NCBI GenBank assembly: GCA_002633005.1
Contig: NMRA01000012.1
Coordinates: forward strand, 1,590,796-1,654,795
Length of the DNA: 64,000 nucleotides
Source: Phoronis australis
Taxonomy: Eukaryota; Animalia; Phoronida
Reading direction: 5' to 3'
Shown here: positions 37,601 to 52,600 of the stretch, piece after piece
Position numbering within the stretch: the first letter of the stretch is position 1
How the letters are laid out: every line of letters begins with the position of its first letter
Translations under genes and position numbers: made by a program
The notes under the pieces: model-generated
Database searches by the model: none
What the model was told of the DNA's origin: nothing
Seen by the model: the letters and a program-made list of their open reading frames with translations, nothing else

Positions 37601-40600
37601 CCATTATAACAATATTAGAACAGCTCAGAAAACTAACTAGAGTAAAAATTCTTTCAGTAAAATTTCTGATGCTGAAATTCAAGATGAAATTTAATTTTCT
37701 TGATTTTAAGGATTCGGACATGGGCAATTCTTGGATTCATCGTATGCCTCAAATATCAAAGCCAAAAGGAACGGACAAAATGACCTGTTATTACCCCTCG
37801 TGATGGCCGAGTGGATGCTCAATTCTCAGGAATTGTCCGCAAAAAATCTACAGAAAAACTCGCATGGAATTCATCATCATAACCTGAAAACAGTATTTTG
37901 TCTCTGTTCTGTTGGATTGTACTGTAGCTGTCAACACAACATTTTAAAACTCCTCATAGTGTGTAACATAGAGGTGAATGATTGATTGTTGTTGATGAGT
38001 ATTTCCTGAATTTGGGTCCGCCAATATTGCCTATACCTGAAATTTGGTACAAGCTCTCATCTTAAGCAAAATAATCAAATTTTCAACGTTCAAACTGGAG
38101 AATTTTTACTGTAGTCATTTCGCAGCCAGTATGCAAAAAAATTTGAAGGAAGAAAATAATGTAGTTATAATCAACATCAAATCAAATTTAATAGTCTGTG
38201 ATTTTATTTCTTCAACAGTTCAGAGAATATGATGCTATAATTACTGTGAAAAGTTCAATGAGGACAAATTGATCCACGACTGATTTTTTTTCATAATTCT
38301 GGTTTTCCACTATGACCTGATGCACAAACCACAATGTCCTTATTCACCAGCAGTGCCTGTAGAGTTGGCCAGTTTTACTTCTGATATGGACAGTTGTATT
38401 CTTAAATAAGATCTTTACTAGACACACCTTGACAGAACTCTGACAGATTCTGCCACATGAATCGTGCATCAACATTTTGCCAGAAAAGAATTGTTTAGCA
38501 CTTTAACTAGCATTTTTGTCAGAGTCTAAAGCCACATTATAATGTGCCTTGTAGCCACTAACGCACAGCCTGGGAGTTGTCACAAATTCCACAACACGTA
38601 TCATAATTTTGTCTTGATTTATAATTGAAACAGATAATAAAGTAATGGTTAATTAGAAGCACTTTAGTGCTTTGAAATTTTTCAAATTTCAACTTTGTCC
38701 AGTTAGATTGAAAAGTACCAGTCCTGTACCTCTACCAATTGTGGTGCATATCATTAGAGATTGAATTTTGCAACACTGCGCTCCCATAACTATATCTGCG
38801 AGACTGGCAGAAGACTTACAGCATTCGCACATCCAATGAGCAGAAAATTAGTGAAGCTCACCTCGATCTTCTTAAAGCCAGAAAAACAAGCTTGTATCCC
38901 CGACAACAGATTACTCAATTTGGGAGTTACAGTTGAGTTTTTAATATGTTGTTACTGTTCAACACAGTTTAATAGCTGCCCCACTTTGAAATCACACATT
39001 AACCATTTCTCTGTTTTATGCTGATACTAGTTCCCATGTTTTACTTGAAGGCTGCAAATTTTCTGCCCATGATTTTCTCAACCATATTAAATCTCTGTAC
39101 TCACCACACAATACAGAGTCCTCATCCGAACCATCAAAACAGTCACTTCTACCGTCACATTTCTGCCAACTGCTTATACATTGGCGTCGGTCAAGACAAC
39201 TAAATTGACTACCGGGACATGCTGCAAGATTTGGAGTCTAGATGACAACCTTTTCTCATAGGGTTCTTTCACATCGCACATGGGAAACTGGCCGATTTGT
39301 GAATTGATGCAAGATAAGGATTTCATGAATTTCAACACATTTTTTATTACAATTAGGGTAATGTTTACCTTTTTTGGAAGGCATTTTTGGTCAATTTGCA
39401 ATATTTTGCTTCCAATAAAATGTATTTTGAACCTTTCCTAAAACAATGAAATCAATAACAAGAGCAACACGGAGCACTTAAATTAGCCCACAAACATGGC
39501 CAACAGATGGCACAGAGTGTCCCAAACTCGTCCAAAAACTAAGAGTTGTTGTCGTTTTTACAACAGAAAACTATTTGAAAAAAAATTCATGAAAATCCAC
39601 CAAGAAACTCTAAAGATGGCAAATGTGAAAAAAGGAATTGCCATATGGAGATGAGTAGTCGGATTCATCCGTTAACAGGTCAGAATACACAGGCCAAATT
39701 CTCCAAAGATCTTGTAAGGGGTTAGGAGATTCACCTGCAGATGCCACCACAATAGTTGGACCCATCTGAAAATCCATGTTGGTCTATTGTCAGTAGAAAC
39801 ACATCTACAACATTTCAGGATCCCCTGAGCGGTTGGGCAGATACAGAAAGACAACAAAAAAAATCGAAAATGATGATGTGGCAAATACATCCCAAAATGG
39901 AAAGGTGTTGTCGTCTTTATTAATAGAAACTTAACCGTAAGCTATATTTCATGAAAAACTATCGAGGGACTTTGAAGATAGGCAGATGCAACGTAAAAAC
40001 TAATTGTCAATATGGGGGACAGCATCAGTCAGACTCGTCCAAAAGTCCTGGCCAGCAGTTGTCACATTTATAAGAAAACACTAACTTGCAAAACTTCACA
40101 AAGACCCTGCAACAAATAAGGAGCTACAGCCGTGGATGCAACAAAGACAAAATAACCACTAGGGGCCACTATAGTAGTCAGACTGTCTAAAATCAACAGC
40201 AGCCATGGTCTCCTAATCAGGAACACATGACTGTGCTAATGATCCTCTGAGTAGTCTGGCAGATAAAAAGGTGGACTCGAAATAATAAAAATGGCCACTA
40301 GGTGCCATTGAATAACATTCATTTGAAATATTGAATCCCTTCGCAAATGGAAAGAACTCCAAAGAAACAGACTAAGGAAATGTAAAAAAATAAAAGTGTT
40401 ACGATGGGGAACAGCGGAAAGCAGATTGGTCTGATACTCTAATTTTTGTCATCCGTTTTTAGCTCCATGGGAACACATATTCCAAATTTTACAGAGGTGT
40501 TAACAATACCTATTTGAGCAGCCAAATAAAATGCCTCAAACTGTCCAAAAACCTTACAAAAAGGGTAGCATTACATAATTCCCTTAACTTTGAAGTTTCT

Positions 40601-43600
40601 AAGGTGCGACAAAATAAGTTCAACATTTCGTTTAAGCACACAACCTTAGTTTGTATACTAACCGTATTATTTTGAAATCTTGAAGGCTGCATTTCAAATG
40701 AGTCAATTCAGAATGAGTTTATACCAAACAGAATGAATGCTTAGTTCAAATGGATGAACACAACCTGCCAAATTAAGCAAAATGTGTTCATTAAAGTGTC
40801 TTTTTTTATAAATTTCTCAACTCCCCTGTTCTGAAAAGTTACAGCCAGGGGGAAAGTGCAATTCCCAGACTTAAAACTTGCAACTCCACTCAAAATAGGT
40901 GGATTGAACTGTGGAGTTGCAAAATTCCCCCGCAGTGAGAAAGGTTAAATCCATTCCGGATGGAGTAATCGCCAGTCAGGTTGAGACATGCATCACAAAA
41001 ATGAGAGAATGAATCAGCTACGGCATCTGGTGATCAATACACAGAAATAATGAATTCGATGTCACTTGCTGAAGAAGTAAGAGGGAAAAGTAAGCCTGGG
41101 AAGTTGAGATGGAGTTTCAACAGACCAGACTTTCCTTAATGAGAAAGTGATCATACAAGTTGGTTAATAACTTACTAAGGGGACAGTGTCTTGAACTCTC
41201 ATCAGAGTGATCAATACAATTCATAGTTGTGTCACATTTGTCGCTGTCCTTAATACAGTAACCGTCATCACACGCCCACAAACTACGCAAAGAAGAGCAG
41301 TCTCCTGAAATAACAAATGGAATGCAGACTATGACTGGGTTCTCTGGGGGCAGGGATCTTCTAAATCTGAGCCGATATATGTACCTGGCCAAAATGAAAA
41401 AATGTAACATATGTTTAAACCAAGAGCTGAAATTGGGCCCCATTAATATAACTATTGATAGAAGACTTAAAACATTAGCCATGTTTTACCTCATCTGGAA
41501 AAGGTGTACGAGCTCAGAGATGAAATCTGGTTATTGGTTGCTAGCCGAAGTCACTGGGTTTGACAATGTGTTACACCCACATTTAGTATTTATACCTTGC
41601 GGAGTACTATAAGACCGAAACTTATATCAATTAAAGAGTTAATCTCCTATCCTATTTTTATAACCATTTAATCTGAACTTGCACATCCCAACCCAAATTT
41701 ATAAAACAAGAGCAACGCAGAGCGTTGAAATGCACCCACAATTGCACCGTATACGGTATCCTTCTAGGGTTGTTTATTGGTACCATAAAGTGGCCAGTAG
41801 AGGGCATATATGTAGTCTGTTGTACTTTGCAAAATGGAAAGGCATGGTCATTGTCTCCTCAATAGGCTAGGGGCAAAATGTGAGTGATCTTCATAATACA
41901 AGCACATCCTATACATCAGTTGCTTAAAGCACCACAGAAACATAGAATTAAAAACAAATTTACCAACATACGAGATTAGCACAGCATTAGAATGCCAGAA
42001 ACAAATTTCTACTTGGAACTTTTCCTTCATAATCACGAAGTAACTCAAAGTATACACCTGAAGACCTATGAAAATACAGAGGTCAATGTAAAATACTAAA
42101 ATTGCCACTAGAGGCATACCGGTAGTCAGAATCATCCTAAAGTCGTCATCGTCCGTTGTCAACATCACATAAATACACTTGCTAAATTTAGTAGAGATCC
42201 TGCAAACGGTTTGGGAGATACAGCCATGGGCGCAAAAAAAAACTGCCACTAGGAGGCGCCACAGTAAACAAAGTCATGGGAAATTCAGCGTCAACTGTCC
42301 TCTTCATAGTAAGAACATACATACCAATTTTCACAATCATACTTATAGCGGTTTGGTTGATAGAGGGGTGGACGCCAAAAAACAGACCCAAAAACAGGAA
42401 AAATGGCCACTGGGTGTCGCAAACTAGGTTGAATCCATCCGAAAATGGGAGGATAGCGTCATCGCACTATTAGGTGCCTACATACCAAATTTCATGAAAA
42501 TCCGTTAAGGACTTGTGAAGATACAAACTTAAGGTAAACGTAAAAAATAAAATTGCCACTAGGGGGCACACTGGTAGGCGGATCCGTCCAAAAGTCGTCA
42601 CCGTCTGTTGTTAACATAATATAAATACACTTATTCGTAAAGATCCTGCAAACGGTTTAGGAGATACAGCCATAAGCCAAAAAATAAAAACTGCCACTAG
42701 GAGGCGCCACCGTAGTCCAAATCGTCTGAAAATCATCGTCAGCCGTCCTCTACATAGTAAGCATATACATGCCAATTTTCACAATCATCCTTCGAGCGGT
42801 TTGGTTGATAGAGAGGTGGACGCACAAAAACAGACTCAAAAACACTAAAAATTGGCCACTAGGTGGCGCAAACTATGTCGAATCCCTCTGAAAACGAGAG
42901 GATAGCGTCATCTCACTAATGGGTGCCTACATACCAAATTTCATGAAAATCCGTTCAGGACTTTTGAAGATACAAAGGTAAGCGTAAAAAAATTAAAATT
43001 GCCACTAGGGGGCACACCGGTAGTCGAATCCGTCCAAAAGTCGTCATCTTCTGTTGTTAACATCATATAAATATACTTACACAATTTTGTAACGGTCCTG
43101 CGAATAGTTTAGGAGATACAGCCATAGGCGCAAAAAAAAAACTGCCACTAGGAGGCGCCACAGTGGTCAAAATCGTCGGAAAATCATCGTCAACCGTCCT
43201 CTACATAGTAAGCATATACATGCCAATTTTCACAATCACCCTTTGAGCGGTTTGGTTGATAGAGGGGTGGACGCACAAAAACAGACTCGAAACCACTAAA
43301 AATGGCCACTAGGTGGCGCAAACTATGTCGAGTCCATCTGAAAACGGGCAGGATGGCGTCATCTCACTAATAGGTGCCTACATACCAAATTTCATGAAAA
43401 TCCGTTCAGGACTTTTGAAGATACAAAGGTAAGCGTAAAAAACTAAAATTGCCACTAGGGGGCACACCGGTAGTCGGACCCATCCAAAAGTTCGCACATG
43501 CCGTCCCATTCATGAATGGAACATATGTGCCAAATTTCATGAACGTATGTCAAAGGGTTTTGGAGATAAAGCAGCAGACGCCGGACAGACGCCGCCCGGA

Positions 43601-46600
43601 CGGACGGATGGATGGAGATGACAGCATAATGCGTCCACACATAAATGTGTGGGCGCATAAAAATGGTGAAGAAACGGCCAGAATCTACACCAGAACACTG
43701 GACATCGCAATCAACCCTAAGAACCATGTCCCCACTATCCCCATTACATGGTCTGCACCCCCCCCCCGGGGTTGGGTTCTCCCTGCAGACAATAGGCATT
43801 GTATCTGTTCCTCCCTTCCTCTGTCCTCACCCTTTCAGCATTCTGTCAAAACATTAAATTTATTATTAGACTGCTTACTAATAGTATGTAAAATTGATTT
43901 CAACTCATTATGGAGATCAGATACAACGTAATCGACTCAGAAGAACTAGTACATCAAGTTCATTATTGTTTGAGACCAGACTCAGTAGTACGTTGGCTTC
44001 ACCGCGGGAGGCTGGACATTTTATGCGGGCAAAAGCAATACAAAAGTGTAACACAGGGAGAGCCAACATTTTTAAAGAGTAACGTGAAAAGAGCAAGACG
44101 AGTTTTCATCTTAAAACCAGTATATGTAACCCAACGTGGTTTGCACTGAGGGTGGTACTAATTGGAAGACAGTAGCCAGTTAAACTTAAAATTAATGAAA
44201 TATAGTCGCGTACTGTTACAGCTTTTTGGGTAATCCAGTACACACGTCCCGTCGGGGCATCGTGTAAGCTGTGAGGAGCTGCTCATTTTCCTGGAAGAAG
44301 CACATATCCGACCAGGAGGTTGATAGCTAGACGACAGTGATCTGTACAGTTGAGCATCTACAAAAGGCAATGATCATAATTTCAGTTAAAGGGTTCAAAA
44401 TTTTTAATGTTTTGTTAATTTCTTAAATTTTGATTTGTATTCTCACTGGTCTTTGCCAACTACAAAATTTAATGTGCAAAACAAAGTGGGGTCACCAAAT
44501 AAGATTTTCCATTAGTCAAGTAACCTAAACAAAGAAACTTCTGGGAAAAACTGAAAATTGTTGGGTAATTGAAATGCCACCTAAAATGAAATAAGTGGTT
44601 GATATCATTTTGAAAATGGATCAATTTTGTAGCATAATGACAATGTTTTAACAGCTTTTAATAAGTTTACAGTCTTGCACCACTGCGAGGTAACAAACAA
44701 AGATATATCAGAATGTGCAACAGTAAAAACTTGAATTCCTCAAAAACGGGGAATTTCAAGGTTATAAGAAATGCTTAAAATGCAAATACTCTATGACGAG
44801 AAGTTGCTTCTTTTAATTATTAATAAATTTGAATTTGGCAGCCACGTGAATTAAGTCGCATCTAATATGCTAACTAAAGGGCTTGTATTTGTCTTTTGCT
44901 TAGTATGACACATGAAAAGAATACTACGTTGACATTATCACCATTCAAGATTTGGCAACTAGGTCCAGTTTGCGTACCTCAAAATCTGTCGCATTGATCA
45001 AAGACATCATGCCCTCGTAGTTACTTAAATCGCCTCAGGTTGCTGATGTTATTGTTCTCTAGATAATCAGACCTACCATAAACACACTGGGATGACAATG
45101 GTACATTTAAATGTTCAATATTCAAAAGTTTTTAAAAACATAATTTTTTAATAGTTTGTAAAAAGTACAATGTGATTACAGTTTTTTGAATTTTGAAAAC
45201 CAGGCAAGAAATGTGACTTTTAATTTGTATAATGTTACCATATTATGCTCCTCATTAAGGTTCTTTCAAACCATATTTTAGTGGCCTCCATCCTAACTTG
45301 TATGCCAAAAAATAGGTTTGTCAACGAGTAAAAGTATATTTTTTGAAAGAAAAAAGACCAGGGAACACAAAAATATGTTTCATATTTATGATAAATTATT
45401 ATTATTATGTTTAACACATTTTTAAGTCAAAATTCCATGTTCAAGAAAGGTACATTCAGTTCATAGCAAAATAACCCCTCGGTCAATTTTAATGAAACCT
45501 AAATTTCTAAATGAAAACTTCACCAGTTACCTCAAAACCACTGTCAGGAATTTTCTAATACCCTTTTTGTTTGATTTCTATGACAAATCAACTCGCAAAA
45601 CATGAGGTATATTTGTATATAAGTTATAGTCATCTTCGTTTACATTATGCAAAAACCAGGCCACTACCCTTTATATCGAAAATCCTAAGTTTTTGAGACT
45701 GAAAAGTTGGAAAGTTTCAGCGAAATCTACCAAGCCGTATTTGAGAACTCTTGTTCCTAAGTTCAAATTAAGCCTCTTTGGCGAAGCCAAGAAAAAGCCA
45801 ATTACGCAGCAAGACGTGAAAATCTCAGGGACTTTTATATTGGTTAATTATTCGGTGAAAATTTGTTTTTGGTGAATATAATATACAGACCCCTTAGCCA
45901 CGTTCATTACTTCAACATTAACACGCAATGTCATCTGAATTTGCAGTGCGTAATTAACTTCATTGTCATAACAACATTTTAACAGCCAAGTCAATTCACA
46001 ATGCATCGAATCCAACTAGGTCATGTGGGCGGAGCTAAAGTGGATCAAGCTGTTGCATTGTGGTCCACTTTAAAGTAGGTCAACAGTTCATTGCTAGACA
46101 CACCACGCACTACTGGGAGACTGATATGAAAACCATTAAGAACAAAATGGATACAGAAATCAGTACGTCGTGAGCATGAGATCGAAACAGCGAAATGTCT
46201 CAGAATCAAATCTGCATTTTGTCTTTCAACATCTTTCTATCATATAAGGTACAACGTTGACACAATATTACATGGACTCTGTGAATGAAAGGACTGAGGC
46301 TACATATTACGGAGCAGCTCTGTGCCTGATGGGAGATTCGATTTGAGTGACAGCCCCGTAACCTTTGACCTCGGATAAGTAGTAATTTAAAACTAATTTC
46401 CACGCCGTTGTGCAGTTCCGAGGTGGTTCTGCCAATTCTTTTTTCTCGCTACACCTTATCTATTTCATATTTGAAGTTCCCCAGGAATGAAGATATTTTG
46501 CTAGACATATGTGAAATATTGCAAAAATGACCAATTTTTGTGAATAAAGTTTGAGATATCCCTAATTCTGCTCTGTGTGCGACATAATGAGCCAATTACT

Positions 46601-49600
46601 AAGAACCACCAGGCAGCAGATGGATTTTGAGGTATACCAAGTGTTATCGTACAATTCTTGGAATGATGATATTGAAATTTGATGCTGCGTGTTATTATTT
46701 AATGCCATGATTATAACACATTTAAACTGAATGCAAAATGAATCGCAAGCAGCGACATCTGACGCACGTGATATTGAACAGCCAAGTCACTCAACATTAC
46801 CTCATAAGGGAAATTTTCTTACCATGTTTCAACCAATCAAACGACAGAACATCTGCAGTTGTCCTATTATAACAACAAATATTTGACCATGGCAGAAGCT
46901 CAAGAGTGATGATCGATTTTAGCCAATGAGGTTTTGTCTTTTATAAACCACAGTGACACAGAAAAAAACACTGCTCCAAGACAGAGTCACCAATACATTA
47001 TATGTGCCCACGACTGGCTGAAAAATCTCACAAAATTAGAACACGACACAAAAGGCAGGAAAATGTAATTAAAGTTTTACTTCACAAAATAGTAGTAAGT
47101 AAGGTACCATTTTTTATTTCAGACACAGCTATTCAAAACCAACACGAGGTAATAAAACAATTCTCTTACTAGCCACAAAGTCACCATAAAGCTTTTTTGT
47201 TATCATTATATAGGACCTTGTTGACTACATTGTGCATTTAGCCAAACATTAGCAAACGATTGTTTTTTTTACTCAGCAAAAGCATTCGGACAGTATAAAG
47301 CCCGGTGTAGAACTTGATCAGTTGGGTCATGTGACTATGTCTTCTTAGTAAACAAAGAAAGTGCTGTACAGTAGGACAAATATTGACTAGTGTGACTAAC
47401 TCACTGCACTGTGTGCAGGTAGTGTGTGCCGAGCGTAATTTGCTTGTGAATGGCTTTTGAAGGACTGCATTTAGCCTGAACCAGCATTAGTGTAATTGCT
47501 TTGAGCTTGAGGTGGTACTTGAATGTCATTTGTGCCACATAATTTGTGCCAAGTCATTTGGACATTAATAAGTTTTTGAGGTTCTGCTCTGACTGTACTT
47601 ATGTTGCTGCGAGTGCCAAGTGAGCAAGTCTGTTGTAGCATGGTGCAGAACATTGTAATGAACCAGACATTGACGTGTCTGGTTTGAGAGCAAGACAAGC
47701 CTCTTGCAAGGCACAGCAACCACTTCATGGTTTGAGAGCAAGACAAGCCTCTTGCAAGGCACAGCAACCACTTCATGGTTTGAGAGCAAGACAAGCCTCT
47801 TGCAAGGCACAGCAACCACTTCATGGTTTGAGAGCAAGACAAGCCTCTTGCAAAGCACAGCAACCACTTCAGAGCATTCAGTGCTACTAACAGTTTTCTA
47901 AATTTTCATTTTTCTTTAATTTCTTTTATGCAAATTTCAGATATTGAATAAAAGCATTTATTTAATCCTTTTTGATAGCTCCTCGTGAAAAAGTGGAACA
48001 TTTAAAGAACAACTAACAGGAGCGTTTTTGAAAAAAAGTGAATAAATCATGGCATCTACATTAGATTAGTTTTTTAATTATGAATCATATCGGCCATTTC
48101 TGAGACATGAAGTTCTAAACTTTTCCAAAAATTTTCGGGGATTCTACAGTGATCAACTAAACACTTACGTAATGTTCATGGTAAAGACCAGCAATAAACA
48201 ACAGAGCAAGTCAAATTGAAAAGGTCAATTTTAAGTGATGAGAGAACACAATAGATTTAAAACAGTCTGCAAAACTGAAAGGCATTTGCAAAGCACTCTT
48301 TCCACCGACTAAAGACTCAAATGAACATTCTAAATATTATGAGGAACAGTTGGCATTTGCAATGTTATGAAGTCTTTGGCAAGTAGTTTTGTCTGAAAGT
48401 GGAGAGGTGACTGCACAAGTCATCAAAACATATTTACCACGTCTAGAAGTGAAGCAGTAGCCCCAATTTGCTCTATACCAACTACTGCTGTAGCCCGTAA
48501 TACACCAACGTCGACCTCTGTCAAGAGATATGCATCCCTTGAATGTTCGGAATTTATAACTGTATGAGCTTCGGCACACATAACCATTGTCAGAGCCACC
48601 ATAAGTCCCTATAACAGAGATGCAATTGGTCAATTGTCAAAAGTTATGCAACATCTTGGTGCGTGTTTTCAAGTGCTTTCTTCCTCAGTTTGTATCTGCC
48701 GCTGAAATATCTGTGAGTATGTGTGCCAGACAGAGTGTGAAATGGTCAATAAACCTTAACCATACATAGCACAGCAGGTGAAGGCCATGTGACAAGTAAG
48801 GACTAAGGGGATAATACAAACATACCTGAATGGCATTTTCATGGATGAAAATCCTAAGTCTTTAATAGTGACACTGTCATAATGATTAAACAAGGTCACG
48901 TGCATGAAGTCCTATGAAACCAAGTAGAAACCGAGGTCATTTTATTCCGCAGCCACAGAAAAACAGCACGACAGCACAGTTCTACACTCCACTGGTCAGC
49001 CCTTTTAAACTATGATGTACTTTAATTATTCATTACTATGCAGATCAGCCTCTCACTTCCTCTTGATTTCTGAAAGAATCTCACTAATTTAGGACACAAT
49101 ATAGCAGATGGGTGAAATTTTATTTTCTCATTTTTTCACACGATATACAGTACTAAACTGATGCTTTGCCATATCCAAGTTTTGAACCACAGCTACGAAC
49201 AGGCAATATTTTGAAGAATTGTGAGCATCACAAAAGTGAAGAAAAAATTAAAATTTTGTCAATTATTTTTGTCCAAAATTGGTGAGACTTTACCATAGAT
49301 TTAGAGTCCAGTTTTTGGGTTGATGGGCACATTTCAGGACGTTTAAATCTGTGTAGTAGGCAAGAAGCAAGAGAAACAGCTTTTAAATGAATGAACTTTT
49401 AAACTTAAAATTTAAAAAATGGTTTATTTCTCTAGCAAACACTAATGCCTAACAATGAACCTGCCCCGACAAACTTTTCTGTATTCTTCGTCAACACTTG
49501 AACAATGAGACTCTCACCACGACAAACTTTTCTGTCCTCGTCATCACCATTTGGACAATGAGACACACCATCACATCGTAAGTCCCATGGAATTCTCCAC

Positions 49601-52600
49601 CACTTGTTGCCATCCTGACAGCAGAAGTCCAGTACTCTCGACGAATCAACAGGGCAGGCTTAAAATTTAAATACATGACCATTACAAGAGCAGCAACGTC
49701 AAGACTACAACCACAGCAAAAATAAGAGTTTACTAGCAACATTCACAACATTCTGAGATTGAGCCTGTAGCTGACTTTTCGGTAGTAAAGACTGTGTAAA
49801 GGATAGTTATAGTTGTTCAAGAAGTACAAAATTTATCTCAGTCTGGAGTGTGTGAAAGTTGAAAAGAGTTAGTTGTGCAGGCCTGAGAAAACTCAGACAT
49901 AACCTTTCTGCAATTATCAGATTCAACTTCAGATTACTTCCCAATTTCTAAGCCTTGCAAATCAAACTTCGGGGTGTCTGAAATAATATACACCATCGAT
50001 TCCAAGTAAAACCATTTCTAGGTACTCAGAATCCTTACTAGTAGTTTGTGGGATGCCCTTTACATTGCACATGAAAACAATTTCAATGCCAACTCAGGCG
50101 GATGCAGACTCCAAACTTACAGGCAGACCTATATCTATATTCATAAATCGATGTGTAAGAGAACTTGAATATTGTCTTGTAGTTTTTGTAGACTCCATAG
50201 AAGTGAATGTAGATCCCGGTACTCCACTTGTAGTTGCCTGCAGTGTTTGTATGCGTACAACAGAACATGGAACTGTTGGAATGCCGTATTTGTAACGTGA
50301 GGCTCCTGTAGTTCACTAAATAAACATTCAAACAACAAGAGTATAAAATTCCAAGTCACTCATGAAAACACTGGGCAATAACACAAACAATCATGTCTTT
50401 AAAAGACAATTATGCTTAAAGAGGCATGGAACACAAAAGATTGTCAAAAATATCTTCTAAACAATGCCGGATGAAAGTACCATCTTGCAACGTCTTGTAC
50501 AGAGTATTGTTCACTTTCCCCTGTGAGGAAATCTCCAAAAAAATCATAAAATTCACGATTTTTTAAATAAACGCGAAGGAAAAAGAGTGTGGTTACCAAA
50601 GAGTTTCTAATCTCCTTCCCGATAAATGCATGTATGAGCTCACAGTCAGTTGCTTTAAGTACCTTGAGGTTACAGGTCACATTTTTCAAATAAGGGAAAT
50701 GTGCTATGTCTTTGTCCTACCATGTCAAATATGGAGACGTGCTATGCCTTGTGGGAGAAAAATTGACAAAGTAGTGAGCAGTTGGCAGATAGTTTTTTTG
50801 AAATTTAAAGCAAATAGAAAATGATTTGAAATCAACAGAAATTAAAAATCTTTACAAACAAACCCTACCTGGTGAGCGTGTTGAATTCTGTTTCAGTGGC
50901 AGAGAATCACTTTCAATATTGCAATTTAGTCTGTTTATTGTGTTCCAGGCCCCTTTAAGAGCTGCGGCAATATTCATACATTACTCAATACTTTGAAAAT
51001 GAAGCCATGATGGAATTAACGGACAACAGAGAGAGGGAACTCTTCGGCATTAATAGGCATTACAAACTTTGCTGAAACTTCAAGATTCATTTCAAAGCCA
51101 AGACTAAATGTTCAGTAACAAATTTCAGGACAGCTAAAGCCAAAATTAATTAGCAAATTAAAAAAATTATTGTTCTGAATCAGAGCTTATGATACCTGGG
51201 CAAAATAGCAAGTCTTTAAAAGATGATAGTAAGAACTGTCTGCTGGGCTGAATACTAACCTACATTCCTAATACCTTGGAGACCTCTCATCTCCTTCGAT
51301 GGGTTGATGAAAAATCCTACTGGCAGGAACTCTGGTCACATGGGAACTTGTTTGTCAGTTGATGCAATCTACACTCTTGTTTCATTCAAAGGACAGGGCA
51401 GGATCTGGTGCTTGTTTGGGAACGTTTTAAGGCTTCAACGTAAATAGTATGTCCTCTTGAACCAATTCTTTTCACTGCCCAATTTATTGTCAAACTCATG
51501 TCCCGAGTCATGCAAATGGTTGACAACATCAGATAGAATACCCGCAGCAGCTCTTCCAACTTGGTACATGCGTTTCTTGAGGGATTACTCAGTTCCAATC
51601 ACATAGCACTGTTCGCATCATACCCCTTCACAATGAGTGCCACGCACTACCACTACTAGTGCAAGCTTTCTCCTGTTTGTCTTTAGGATGCATTAAGAGT
51701 TGTTTCAAAAGTTGGTACATGCGTTTCTTGAGGGATTACTCAGTTACAATCACATAGCACTGTTCGCATCATACCCCCTCACAATGAGTGCCACGCACTA
51801 CCACTACTAGTGCAAGCTTTCTCCTGTTTGTCTTTAGGATGCATTAAGAGTTGTTTCAAAAGTTCTGACTGGTTTGTGTACAGCTCCAATTCCAAAATTT
51901 GTGTAACTTTTCAGATACACTTCCACGTATGGGAACGAGACAATAGTACACGTATGCTCACAGATGTTCACTCGTTTCTTGATCGTATTAGCGAAAGACC
52001 ATTAGGGTAACCACATTTTGTAAGAGCACAAAAGCTTGAATTGACAAACATGTTCCACCATGATCCATGACCACAGTTCCTGCTACTAGGATTTTACATC
52101 AAAACATTGATGAGACGAAAGGTCCCCGAAATACTAGGAGTATTCAGTTCAGCTGACAGGTCTTACTATCACTATTTTATTATGAAATTCCTCGAGACAT
52201 ACATTAATAAGTCTTTTAAAACTTGATAAAAAGGTTACTTAGTTTTGCAACAAACTCGAAAAAAAAAAAACGACAGCCAAAAACAAAGAATTGTCAATAA
52301 ACCAAGATGTCTGCTTTAGAAGTCTGCAGGACCCCAGAAGAGCCTCTGCAATTAAATGGATTGGGAGAGACACACTACAAAAATCTATAGAGTGGGTATT
52401 TTGCTTGTATGTGTATCATGGACAGTTGTGTAGTGGGGATAAGGGTGTGAACAAAAGTAATGTAACCTTGTCTAAGTTTTCCATTATTTGGTACTTTTTC
52501 TTCCAATTGCTCACAGAGGTACTATGAATTTGAATGTGATACAATACTCCCGTAGACCAAAACAATGAATATACCCCTTGAAGTAAATGCTGGACAGAAT

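Noticed and set aside
41705-43663. CRISPR-like array of a constant motif with ~150-bp spacers
   Set aside because: The intervening sequences are homologous with a 450-bp period, so this is a satellite array inside a transposon.
47680-47871. CRISPR-like or coding repeat (ORFs 47471-47901)
   Set aside because: Head-to-tail 48-bp units with no spacers and no cas genes in a eukaryotic intron. The ORFs exist only because the unit is stop-free and a multiple of 3.
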